64,000 nucleotides of DNA from the human T2T-CHM13v2.0 reference genome, Homo sapiens. The position numbers and the translations under genes were made by a program. Positions 43,768 to 57,210 of the stretch are shown here, in pieces (within the stretch, counting starts at the first letter, position 1; every line of letters starts with the position of its first letter). The notes beneath the pieces were generated by a model. The model did not search any database, had not been told where the DNA came from, and saw only the letters and a list, made by a program, of their open reading frames with translations. The stretch lies in NCBI RefSeq assembly GCF_009914755.1, contig NC_060939.1; one strand, written 5' to 3'.

Positions 43768-44889
43768 GTGGTGGCTAGTACCAGCTTTCACTTCAGGGAG
43801 ACTCACTGTGACTCCAACTCCATTTCTGGCCAGCTGTGTAATCTTGAACAAATTGTCTGTTCTGAGCCTTAATTTCCTAACATGTTCAAAAGAAAACCAA
43901 TAGTCACTACTTGGTAGGACTGTTAGAAAGAATGAAAGGGAAAACACACAGCATGGATGGCACAGTATTTTATACATTGAAGGTCTTCAATAGCTAGTAG
44001 CCATCAGTGTTGCAATTCATTCTTCCAATTCTAAAAGCTCTCTTTTGGTTTTGGTTCTACAAAAGTCACTCCATGTGCCCATTCACCAGCCCTAGGTACG
44101 TGGAGACCAACGACATTTTAGTTTTTGGCCAATTTCTTCTATTCAAACACTCTGATCAGAATTCAGTCATATTAGGGTTAAAGAAAAAAAAAAAACCCTT
44201 GATTATCCTCTGTTCTTGAAAGCACTATCACCCTTGTTGGCTTAAGGCCAACCTGATTTCTGTGCTGAAAGAGCTGCTTTTTGCTTGGAAAAGGCAATGG
44301 CTGCCAGCTGCTTCCTCAGATGCTGTCTTCACTGCAGATAGCAATAAACAGCTGCAAGGAATGTGTTAATTGGTCTTGATCAAGATGTCATCTTCTGCGT
44401 TATTATTGAGTCAATGCCAGGTAGACAATGCCAGCAAACAGACAACAGTGAAAGTTGTCCTGATGCAGGAAAGTTGTACTCATTGCAGCTAAAGTTGTCC
44501 TGATGTAAGCCTTAGCTTACAGCATTCCCACTCAATCTCATTGACAGATTAAAGATCTCCACACATGTTTCAACTGCTAGGTTAATACATGTATGGACAT
44601 TACTTAACTGACTTTGTTTATCATCCATCTGCTTAAGAGATGGAAGATAATTTACTGCTTTGAAGAGGTTTATTTAAAAACCACTTCCCAGAGCTGGACA
44701 GAGCTGTTCTATGGTGCAACACCCTGGCCAGATCTCTAAACACTGGTCTGTATGGCCACTCCTCCTAGTTCACACATCTCCCCCTTGCTAAGCCCAGATG
44801 CTACAAGTGTGGTCCAAGAATCGATGCATGAGCACATTATCAAGTACTGAGGACCAGGAACATTGGTGATGGTGCCATGGGCACCCTCT

Positions 44890-45070
44890 CTACCACTAAC
44901 TGGCTATGTGACCTGGAACAATTTACTTAACCTTTCTGGGCTTCAATGTCTCATCCCTAAAATGTGGAGATGGACATTAGTATTTGCTTTGCAGATTTGT
45001 GAGGATAAGGGTTATGCATAGCTATTGATAATGACAAATGCATAGTAAGTGCTGAAAGAACATATTTGTT
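44890..45070 (+). mobile_element. MIR
   Basis: ccactaactggctatgtgacctgg...ttacttaacctttctgggcttca...catagtaagtgct. Confidence 0.75.
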
Positions 45071-45356
45071 GTGATGCTGATGACACTGATGGTGATGCAA
45101 GTGATGTCAAGGAGCTTGGAGTCCTGTTATACGTGGGCTTGGTGAGACATTTAAAGAACATCTGGCCCTTTTAGCTCAAGGATAGAAGTGACTATCTTTT
45201 GACTTCTTCTGCCTTCTCGCCCATGGCTGCACCAGTCTGTGCACCTGTATCTTTATTTACTGTCCTAACATGAGCCCTCCCGACTGAAGTTGCACTCATG
45301 ACTTGAGTCCTATGCACAGATCTTGACACTTGAATCAGAGACTTCTTTTGTCCTGA

Positions 45357-45716
<360 letters not shown>

Positions 45717-47038
45717 TAAAGCACCCTGCGTGACATCATGATCTTCCAAAACCACTCATACAGGCCCCTGTCAGAGCTGCAGAGAAAGAAGCTGGCTGAA
45801 AAAAGGCCATATAGAGATCCTGGTGGCTCCCTCAGGGAGCACTACAGCCCCTGCAGTCAGCACAGAGGGGCACCCTGATTAGGCTCTCCTATTAAAGCTG
45901 CCTCAGGACACTGGCTCACCTTGTGTGTTAGCTGGTGAAGAACTCAGGACCCTCAAAAGAGAATTCAGGCCAAAAGAGTGGTGTTGCCCCTTCTCTGGAA
46001 GCATTTGAATTACTACTATAAGGTAATAATCTTTGTGTTTTAGATTTTCAAATCTCAAACAATAAATATGTTGCTTTTAATTATTTTTGAAATACAGCCA
46101 ACACAATATTTACCAAATCACTTTCAGAAGGCCAGTGAGGAAGCCCAAAACACAGCAGCTACACCCACTGATTTCTGTTTTTCTAAGTTGAAAACTGATC
46201 CGTCTCGATTGCAGATGATTATGAATAGTTTTGTACGTCCAGCAACATATTGCTAACCTCAGCCTTTCTTTCTTAAGCTCATTATTTGCTAATGATTTTC
46301 TTGGCCACAAAGCTCATAAAATTCCCTTGAGTTGCTTAAAAAAAAAAACCTCTTAGGACATTTGTTCCATTTGTTCAGCATCTGCGCCGGACAACATCTG
46401 GAGCCTGAGGAAATTCCACAGCTCAGGGTATGATGCGTAAATGAAATTACTTTTTCATGCACTTCAGAAGAGATTCAAGAGCATCTTTCTGACCAAACAA
46501 GCCCTTTTGTTCTCCTCCAGCAAGTGTTTCTCATTAAAAATGTCATCTCCCTAATAAATTGCCTTATTGCCCCTGCAGCTGGGCCTATTGTTTTCATGGT
46601 TTTGTGCTCACTCTGATTCTCACAGGAACAGAAAACCAGAGAAAAATGGGACTTTTCCCCCATTCTGTCTCCATGAAATGCCTTTATTTCACCCTTTGTG
46701 TTTGAGTGAGAACTTGTCTTTCATCGGAGCCCTTTATTCTCCCAATAATCACTGCTTTTGGCCCAATATTCACTGCTTTTGGCAAAATATCCTCAGACAC
46801 ATCCTGTCAGATATACTTTTCCTACCTAGATACTGGATGGTGGCAGCTTGCATCCAGGGATCCCAGCTCAGGCCAAAAAGTGGCATTTTGGGGATTATGT
46901 CCTAGTGGTTTATTCTTTGTAAGAAAATATCCAATGTGATCACATCTTTAGTCTCTGCCATAAGAACATATACAACAATTTTAGGGATGGCAAGGATAAA
47001 GAGATTAACTTGGGACAAGAATGGGGGTTAGGATGAGA

Positions 47039-47043
47039 TGTGT

Positions 47044-47109
<66 letters not shown>

Positions 47110-47122
47110 AAGAGAGAGGGAG
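47039..47122. repeat. (TG)n(AG)n compound microsatellite
   Basis: Direct inspection. Confidence 0.95.
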
Positions 47123-48100
47123 ACCTGGGATTAGGGGTTCCTATAGAAGCCACAGAAAAGATTTAAAACAATCTTGGAAACATTTGATGCAAGCTATGTT
47201 CCTAGAGTTGAGGGGTGAAAAAATATCTTTTTTTTTTGGTATCTCTGGTCAGAATTAACCTTGAATGTGAAAAGTTCATCTTCTATCAATTTCTTTCCCC
47301 CATATCCCTTCAGCCTCTCCTTTTCACTGGCCTCTATTGCTAACATTTATTCACTAGGTCAGCAGGAATTTGTACAACCAAACTCATCTTCCCCAGTTAT
47401 TTAGTCCACTTTCTATCTATGCACAATGTAAAATAATAATAACAATAATAAGGAGAAGAAGGGCCTAACTGGAAGAGAGAAAAGACATTTCTGGCATGCA
47501 AATTGCTTTGCACTGAAAATTCTTTTGGAATCTCCAGGCTTCCTTTGACTTTTTCGAAACCTTGAAAGGAAGGGTACAGGAGGCTAGTAGACAGAATTGG
47601 CTGGCTGCCATGAGCTCGGTGCTTGGGCTAATTTTGCATACAAGTTCCCTGAATTTTCTTCACTAAATGCAAACATAGGCCACCATTAACATCTGCTCTC
47701 TGTGATTCTTTTGCAGCAAAGCTGCAGATCCCTGAGGCCAAGGCTGATGAAAGATGTGGGTAGCCGATTCTGTCCTGTGACCTGGAGGCTCTGAATTTGT
47801 GATTGAAGAGATCCTGCACAGTCCTCTCCCCTGTCATATCAGGCATCTGCAAGGCATTCTAAGGACCTCTAGGAGCACACAGTTCAATCCAGCAACCTCT
47901 ACTAAGGGTCACAAATGCCTATGTCCAAGTCTATGCTGGCCCTGTCAAAGTCCCGTCTCTGCTCTGCCCCCAGGGTCTTACGGGCTACAAATGGGACAAC
48001 TTTTTAAATACTCACACATGTTGTGATCATTTGTAAGTCCAAGTCACAAAAACAGCAGAAGTAGAAAGTTTTACCTTAGAGTGAAAATCAAGGGTGGTGT

Positions 48101-48759
48101 TGCTACCAGATGGTGCCACTCAGTTGCAGGTTCTTGGTGTCCCGAACAAAGAGTTGGACAAGACACATACATAGCAAAGCAAAGCGATGAAAGTGTATGA
48201 AGCTCAGTATTACACTCTCGGAGCAGGAGAGCGAACTGACCTCTGTGAGATGAGATCACCATCAGTTTGGTGTAGTTTGGGTCTTTTTATGTGTTTTTTT
48301 TTCTTCTCTTCCCAAGGCTGCCTAATCTCTCGCCAGTGTCTACCCTTTAGATTGATAGGTGTGTTGCTTAGTTACTTTGGCCCCTGTGCGCTTGTGCATC
48401 ATCTCTATCCCATAATTTTAAGTACATGCATGATATGCAGCCCGTAGGCATGAACCTTAAGTAGCTGATTATCATACAAGGTTATGTTAAGGATACTTTT
48501 TCTCTCTAATGTGCATGCCCATCTCTGAAGCGCTGCCTCTTACTGGTTTGGTCCCAGTCTTGCTGGTCATGGGGTCCTTGCTCACCTTTTTATCTCACTT
48601 TTTTTTGGCTGCTGAATATCTGCTTTTTATCTCCCTTCCTGTTCACCCATCCCTTCACCTTGCTTCTGTTCTCTGCTTTTACTTATTCTGTGCTGTATCC
48701 AACTTTTAATTCCCTTTGCTATTCTCCGGCCTCATTTTCTCTATTTTTCTCCTGCCTCA
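48101..48759 (-). mobile_element. ERV1 (MER4-group-like) solo LTR, 659 bp
   Basis: TG...CA termini and 4-bp TSD gtgt (48097-48100, 48760-48763); begins tgaggcaggaga on the minus strand; ggttcttgg...gaacaaagagttggacaa U5-like motif. Confidence 0.8.
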
Positions 48760-48929
48760 GTGTTACGGTGGAGTTGGTCATTGAGATAGATTTTGATGCA
48801 TGAATCAGAGTTCTCAGGGAAGACAAGGTGGGAAAGGCTTTTGTTTCGGAGAGACTAGGCTATAGAAAAGCACAAAGGCACGAGATATCCCTTTATTTGT
48901 ACCATCATTTGTCCTTTGTTCTTTTGTTC

Positions 48930-51900
48930 AACAACTTAGGACTTACTAGATTGGCTGGAGCTTGGTACACCCAAACTCAATTTTAGATGAACAGACACCC
49001 TTTTAGGGGCTAGTGATACAAGGATGAATATGACAAGGAGTCTGCCAAGTATTTTTTTTTTCCAGTAGGGGCTACAGACCCGTAATAAATATAAAAGTAA
49101 ATGTATAACATACAAGCGCTGCAAAGAAAAATAAATCATAATAAGAGTGAGATTGAATATTAGGAAAAGAAGACCTGAATACAGTGATCTTTAATCTCTC
49201 TAAGGAAGAGACTCTTCTGAAGACGCATGAATTTGAACAGTCACAATGGTGCCTGTTCCAGGGATCTTAAGTACTTGGTACTTATTGAAGCATAAAGTGG
49301 CAGGAAGAGAATAAAGCATGATGTCCCTGGGGATGTGTAGAGCTGTATAATGAGGAATATCTGAGGTGCATACTAAGCAACATTAATGTAAATACGTAGG
49401 CAAGATCGGCACAGACATTAAGAAACTGTAGTTTGGTAGCAGAGTGGGCTGGAGAGGTGGCAAGTGTTTTAGAAATATGACTCAGGTACTAATGTGGACA
49501 CTGCTTTAGCGTGAGGAGACTCTGGATCCACAGATATTGGGTTACAAGATGTTGTCAACCCAGTTATCAGTATCAGCAGCAACAGCATTTATTGAGCTCC
49601 TCCTGTGTACAAGGAACTGTTCTGGGCACATCAGTAGTGTTAACTTTTTAAATTCCTCAATAGTACTGTGAGCCAGAAAGTTTAAGTAGCTTGCCCAGGG
49701 TGTTCTATCCACCCGGCAGAGCAGGAACACCACCCAAGCAGTCTGGTGAGGTCAGACACAGAGCCGTAACCACTGTGCTATACAGACTTCCAGCCATCAT
49801 GAGAGACCATGGGTGCTGGACATGAGGGTAGTTTCTGGGGGGCCTGAAGGCAGGGAATGCTTTAAGGTGTAGTAGTTGGCAAGACTTCCTTAATTAATTG
49901 GGATGTGATCATGAAAGACAGGAAAGAGTAGAAAATGCTCCGAGGGGATGGATCTTGCTTGGAAAGCAATGTGTACTATGCTGCCACCGACGGAGATGTG
50001 CACTGGTTAGTGAGTTTCAGCCAGAGGACCCAGTGGGTTACGCAGGAAGCAGCTGGAACTTTCCCACAGATGGGTGATTTGATTAGTCACCAAACACAAC
50101 CAACTGTTACTTGATTTGGGAGCAGATTTCTACATAATATGACAGAACAAACCATGTCTCTCTACTGCTGAGAAATTTTTGATAGCTCCTTAGCAAATTC
50201 CAAATTTAGTACAAGTTCCTTTATCTGGGATTACGGAAACAAACAAACAAAAAATCCTCTATAGTATAGTTCCAATAACCCTCTTCATCCTAATCTCTCT
50301 TTGTTTGCCTACTAAAAACCCAATCTCCAGTTAAATGGGCTGAGCACAGGGCTGGGTCCCTGATGAATGCTCTGTCATTTAAACCTTACATGGTCTATTG
50401 GAAATGGCATGGATTTAAATATCGGAAAGATTTGGGTTTGAATCTAGGCTGCTGTCCTTAGTGTACTTTGGTGAGTCATTTGATCTCTCTTGCTGTTTCT
50501 TGGCTAGCCTGGGATGATCTCTGACCTACCATCTCCTGGAAAGGATCAAACTATAATGACCAACATTTGTTGTCCTGTTGCTAGTGCCTCGAATTTTTCT
50601 AAGGTCTCTGTAAGCAGTTTTTTGTTTGATTCCCCAGGAACCAAGACACAAGATACCATTGTACAGATGTAGACAACTGAAGCACAGAGCAGTTAAACCA
50701 CTTCCCCAAAGTCACACTTGCCAAGTTAGGACTGGGTGCGAATTAAATCCCAGGAGCCCTGACTCTATCCTATCAGTCAATATTATGACTGATTAATGTT
50801 ACATTGCTAAATTGACTGAGATTGCTAATCTAAAGCACCTGGCACATGACAGCTCCCCTCTACAAATGGGCATGGCTGTCTTTCAATAAAACTTTATTTA
50901 CAAAAAGAGGTGGTGGGCCAAGCATAACTAGGAGGCTGATTCTTGACTCTCTGCTGACTCTTGACATAAATTGCAGTAAAATATAGAAAATAATTATGTA
51001 GTGATGGGATTTCATTGTTTTTTAATGTAATGTATTTAATTAAATTAATTGTAAGCCTGAATAATTTAATTTTAGAGAATGGCTCTGTTTAACAATCGGC
51101 TCATGGAGTTTCTGAAAACTTAGCAGCCAGCTCTCACAGGCTCACTCAAACCCACTTCCTGGTTACAATTCCAGTCCCTGCCCAGCTGTGAGAACTGGGG
51201 CAAATGATCTCAGTTTTTTCACCTGGGAACCGGAAGTGGTTCCTACCGAGCTGTGCTCTGAATAATCGGAAATAATGTATACAAAGAGCTCAGCAGCTAG
51301 AATTCAGTAACTGGTGCCCACAGCAATAAAAGAGGAGCTGCATTAATGATTCGTATTTCTCTTTGGTTATGGCCTTCAGGCCAGTTCATAAAAGATAGAA
51401 GCTGGAAAGAAGGGAGGTGAGATCCAAGGAGATACAACTCGCCTCTTTTAAGTGCCTCGCCTGTACCAATCACTAGGAAGTGATTCCAATCCTTTATTCA
51501 CTGAATCTTCATCGCAAACCTTTGAGTGTATTGTCTTTCCTATTTTACAGCTATGAACCACAAGATTCAAAGGGGTGGAAAGCTTCGGGGGCCCTCAGTT
51601 GTCAGGGAGCAAAGCAGAGTTCCATCAAGGTCTTCCTGATTTGAAAATGCCCTCCCTATCGTGTGAGTCAATCCTATTAAGGGAAGCCAGGGTTCTGAGA
51701 TAAGTCAGTGGTATCAACCTGGTAGCAATCAGTTTTATTCCAGTTAAACCCTTAGGTTCAAAATCAAATTCAGAGACCCATTTTATTGAACAGCTGGATC
51801 AGTTGGTGTTTTACACTGACAATAAATGCAGGCCGGCTAAATCACTAGGCATATACTGAATACTGAGCTAGGAACTAGGGATGTTCAGATAAATGACATA

Positions 51901-52510
51901 GCCTCACCTTGAAAGGGCTCATAACCAAGCCAGGGAGACAGATCGATCAAATAATGAGGATAGCGAAGGATTTGATAATGTAGCAGGGCTATGGGGGAGA
52001 TCATACAAAGTGCAGTTAAAGAATAAAGGCTGTCAAGACGGGCTACTCAAAGGAGAAATTGCAATTCCCAGACAATTCTTGTTTCTTATCTCTCTCACTT
52101 TCTGGGCACCTGCGTGCATTGATAATGATCCTTCTTGCTCACTGGCACCTGCTTGCTTTGATAATGATCCCTTCTTGCTCACTCTCCTTCTCCCCCATCA
52201 CTATATTTCCTACACCATCCTCTTCATTCCTTAGGACTGGCAGAACTTCTTGTGGAAGCCCTTTCTTGAGGTACACAGGGTGGGCTCGGCACCTTCTTGT
52301 ATGCTTCTCTAGGTTCCTCGGCATGTGTGTCCTTATTGAAGACTTATTGCACTATCCTGCAATGGTCTATTTAGGCATTAGTCTCTCCCACTAAATAAGG
52401 AGTTCCTTGAAGGCAGAAGCTGTACTGTTTGACTTTGTTAATGTAGCACCAAGCATGACATCTGGTCTAAACTTATGCTCAACAAATGCCAGGAGAATGA
52501 ATAAATGAGC
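48930..52510. mobile_element. Mosaic of L2, MIR, MER58 and hAT fragments
   Basis: Examples: MIR(-) 49580-49790 (catttattgagc), MER58-like 50860-50950 (aataaaactttatttacaaa), L2 tail 52480-52510 (ctcaacaaatg...gaatgaataaatga). Confidence 0.55.
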
Positions 52511-52614
52511 ATAGCCCGAGCTGGATCCTCAGGAACATGAGGGACATGACACTGGAAAAAGGTAGAGAATGGGCAAGGAAGATATAGGGTAACAAATGTT
52601 CTGGAAAGATTTTA

Positions 52615-53015
<401 letters not shown>

Positions 53016-53669
53016 TCACTTACGGTATTTTTTCCCCCAGAATCTAATTTTTATACTTTTAGTCAATTATAGATGCTTCCTAAATGTAAGTCTGAGACTC
53101 ACCTAACTCTATTTGGGAAGAATCTAGCAACCACTGGGAGTGATTAAAACTTGGTTGTTCCTAGCCCTGTTCCCTTAGTTATTCCTTGCCCACCAACTGA
53201 CCATCTGAGGCAATCTCATGAATGGCTGTATTAAAAATATATTGCAATTCCATGCCAAACACTATTCATTTATCTTCCATCTGTTTAAAAATGTATTAAT
53301 AGATACAATTTGCTCTCTGGGACCTTTGGCTCCTCCCCAGGTTCCTGATTATTTATTTATACTGACTGGCTGGGATTCTTTTAGGCAGGATGATTATAAT
53401 AAGACCTAATCTTTCCCTTTGCATGGTAGACGACTCATGCTACTTTTCTCTTAGAATCCTCCAGGCAGCATTCTGTCAACTTCAAAATGAGTGTTTCCAT
53501 GTCAATGTTCTTCCTTCTCACAGCAAAATAAATTCTGGAATCAGTGACTTCCTTCCAATTAAGGCCAATTCCCATTTGTTTTTGACTTTATGGCTGTGGC
53601 CTGTGGAGGACAGAAAGGATTAATAATAATTTATAAGTGAGGCAAGAATTTAAACCGAACACATCGGAG

Positions 53670-54030
53670 GTGGTCTGATTCTGCTCCACGGCCTCTGAGG
53701 CCTCAGCTAGTAAGACTGGAGAACAGCTTGGGTGACAGGGACAGCTGGGAGCTGGAATCATCTGGAGGCTTCCTCACTCACAGGTTGGGGGCTTGGGCTG
53801 GGATGACTTGAAGGCTGGGATCAGCTGGGATTTTCAAGTGGAATGCCTGCATATGGTCTTTCCATGTGTCTTGGGCTTTTTAGAGCATGGTAGCAGGGTT
53901 CCAGGAGAGTCCAAGAGACCATGGTGGAAGCTGACCTAGCCTTGGAACCCACACTGCCACCTTCTTTTCTTACAAACAAGTCAGCCGAGGGTCAAGATGA
54001 AGGGCAGTAGATGCCATCTCTGGATATCAG
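53670..54030 (-). mobile_element. MLT1 (G/H-like) LTR fragment
   Basis: gctggaatcatctggaggcttcctcactcaca...gggctgggatgacttgaaggctggg. Confidence 0.7.
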
Positions 54031-54561
54031 GGATAATACCTGGCAGAGAGCAAATGCTTGATAAATCACAGCTTTTATATTATCCATACCACTGTACAGG
54101 GCCTCCCAGAAAACTAGAGTTCCTTTATTTTCCCAAATTCTTTCCTGTGAGTGAGTAATAGAAGCACTGTAAGATAACTGTCTTTTGTTTAAAGAACATT
54201 GGATAAGGGAATAGAATGAGGTTGCAATTTGGTTGTTTTGGTTAAAGAAGGAATTGAGATTGTAACATTATGATGGAATTTGATTTTCATTCTCACTATG
54301 TACTAGGCACAAAATCATAGAAAATGGTTTCATTTTATGCTTTTATTTCCACTTGAAACATGGGAGTCATACACAGAAACAGCTTTCTTTCAATTACATG
54401 GCTAGTAGTAGGTAAAGTGGGACATGGCATTTTGAATCACAAGAATTGGTATGGGCAATATCAAATACGTGAGGAAGTTTGAACTTCCTACAGGCAAATG
54501 CCTATAATATACACACTCATATGGTGACGATCCATTCACTTGCTAACTTCATTAGCAAGTG

Positions 54562-54640
54562 TAAGGTTGGTGCAAACGTAATTGTGGATTTTGCCATTAC
54601 TTTCAATGGCAAAACCACAATTACGTTTGCACCAACCTAA
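54562..54640. mobile_element. MADE1 (Hsmar1-derived MITE; miR-548-type hairpin)
   Basis: aggttggtgcaaa...gccattactttcaatggc...tttgcaccaacctaa; 34-bp stem with one bulge and a 6-nt loop. Confidence 0.95.
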
Positions 54641-54997
54641 TATTTACCAACCACCTGTAAGTTGGTTGAGCAGGATCAATTCTAGACAACAGAGCAGGGC
54701 AGTGAATAGAAAAACCATGTGTCCTTGTCAACCTTACATCTTAGCAGAGACTCGAGCTGGTTCCACCTTTTTGTGAGGAACTCATGCAATTTTCCCCATA
54801 AAGGTCCAGTTCACTAAATGGCCTCACATAACTTATCAAAATTGTATGAAGAAAAAAAATTATGTAAGTTTTTAATATGACACTAAAATTGTACTCTTTT
54901 CCTAAAGAATTCTTTGCTTACTCCACAAGTGTGCAGCTTAAGGGCATTTAGAATTATTTCTTGTAGATATTCAGATATATTTTAGGTGGAGCTATAG

Positions 54998-55340
<343 letters not shown>

Positions 55341-55361
55341 CACTCTTTTTTTCAAAAAAAA

Positions 55362-55452
55362 TTTTTTTTTTGAGATGTAATCTCGCTCTGTCGCCCAGGC
55401 TGGAGTGCAGTGGCGCGATCTCGGCTCACTGCAACCTCCGCCTCTCGAGTAG
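55362..55452 (-). mobile_element. Truncated Alu right-arm 3' fragment
   Basis: tttgagatg...ctcactgcaacctccgcctc then deleted to gagtagct. Confidence 0.85.
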
Positions 55453-56579
55453 CTTTTGGGGTACAAGTGGTTTTTTGTTACATGGATGAATTATGTAGTT
55501 ATGAATTCTGAGGTTTTAGTGCACCCATCACCTGAGTAGTGTACCTTGTACGTAATGTGTAGGTTTTTTATCCCTGCTCCCCCACACTCCTCCCCCTTCT
55601 TAGTCTCTAAAGTCCATTACATCACTCTGTATGCTCTGCTTTCTCATAGCTTAGCTCCCACTTATAAGGGAGAACATACAGTTTTTGATTTTCCAGTCCT
55701 GTGTTACTGCACTTGGAATAATGACTTCCAGCTCCATCCAAGTTGCTGTAAAAGACATTATGTTGTTCCTTTTAATGGCTGAGTAGTATTCCACATACTA
55801 TGGAATGTAAAAGAAAAAAAAATATATATATAACATTTTCTTTTTTTTTCCTTTTCTTTTTTTGAGAGGGAGTCTTCCTGTGTCACCTAGGCTGGAGTGC
55901 AGTGGCACGATCTCAGCTCACTGCAAGCTCCGCCTCCCGGATTCACGCCATTCTCCCGAGTAGCTGGGACTACAGGTGCTGGCCACTGCACCCGGCTAAT
56001 TTTTTGTATTTTTAGTAGAGACAGGATTTCACCGTGCTAGCCAGGATGGTCTCGATCTCCTGACCTCGTGATCTGCCCGCCTCAGCCTCCCAAAGTGCTG
56101 GGATTACAGGCGTGAGCCACCGCACCCATCCCACATTTTCTTTATCTGCTAAATAGTTGATGGGCATTAAGATTGGTTCTACATCTCTGCAATTGTTAAT
56201 TGTGCTGCTATAAACATACAAGTGCAAGTGTATTTTTCATACAATGACTTCTTTTCCTTGGGGTAGATACCCAGTAGTGGAATTGCTGGATCGAATGGTA
56301 GATCTATATTCAGCCCTTTAAGGAATCTCCACTCTGTTTTCCATAGTGATTGTTCTAATTAAGATTCCTACTAGCAGTGTATAAGCATTCCCTTTTCCTC
56401 ATATCCGCCAACACCTATTTTTTTGACTTTTTATTAATGGCCATTCTTGTAGGAGTAAGGTGGTATCACATTGTGCTTTTAATTTCCATTTCCCTGATGA
56501 CTAGTGATGCTGAGCATTTTTCCGTATGTTTGTTGGCCATTTGTCTACCTTCTTTTGAGAAATGTCTATTCATGTCCTT
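55450..56579 (-). mobile_element. L1PB 3' end
   Basis: tagcttttggggtacaagtgg...gttacatggatgaatt; TSD tattcacccactctt at 55009-55023 and 56580-56594. Confidence 0.9.
55841..56131 (-). mobile_element. AluY inside L1PB
   Basis: Y diagnostics (gcaagctccg, agccaggatggtctcgatc); TSD acattttcttt. Confidence 0.95.
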
Positions 56580-57049
56580 TATTCACCCACTCTTGACCTA
56601 TGAAAACAATTTTATATGATTTAAGTTATGTGCTGTCTAGAATTTTCTGAAGAAAATCAATTAATAGGAGTAATAAGAATATTGTGACATGTTTAAGTGA
56701 GATTTCCTAGAGCCCACTGTTTTGGCCTTAGATATCATGGTAAGTCTTGGTTTTAGACAAATACTACATATCACATTAAGGCAGTCTTACTATAATTATA
56801 ATTTCACAGTAAAAGTCCATGGAAAGTTGTTGCTGACTTTACTTCCTCTCCTAACTACTCACACAGCAGGTGTAATCCTGAGGTCTCAGAACATTCATGT
56901 TTATGTCTTGCAATTGATTTTACAATAATAAAAGACAAGACACATGAAGAAATAATGAGACTACTTAAAGAAATAGCAAGGTTTAAATAATGTCACTTAG
57001 CTCTTCATGGTTTACAGAAAATTTTATAGGAATTATTATTTTATCTTCT

Positions 57050-57210
57050 CCTTATAACTATCTTATTAAGTAGGATTTGTGATTCTCATCATACAGATGA
57101 GGAAACCAGAGTTTAGAGAGATTAAATCTTGTCCAAGTTTGCCTATCCAGTGGTTAGATTTGAACTCTGTTTATCAAAACCCAAAACTAAATATGTTCTA
57201 CACTGGTCTG
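57050..57210 (-). mobile_element. MIR
   Basis: acagatgaggaaac...gagagattaaatcttgtccaag...gatttgaactc. Confidence 0.7.
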
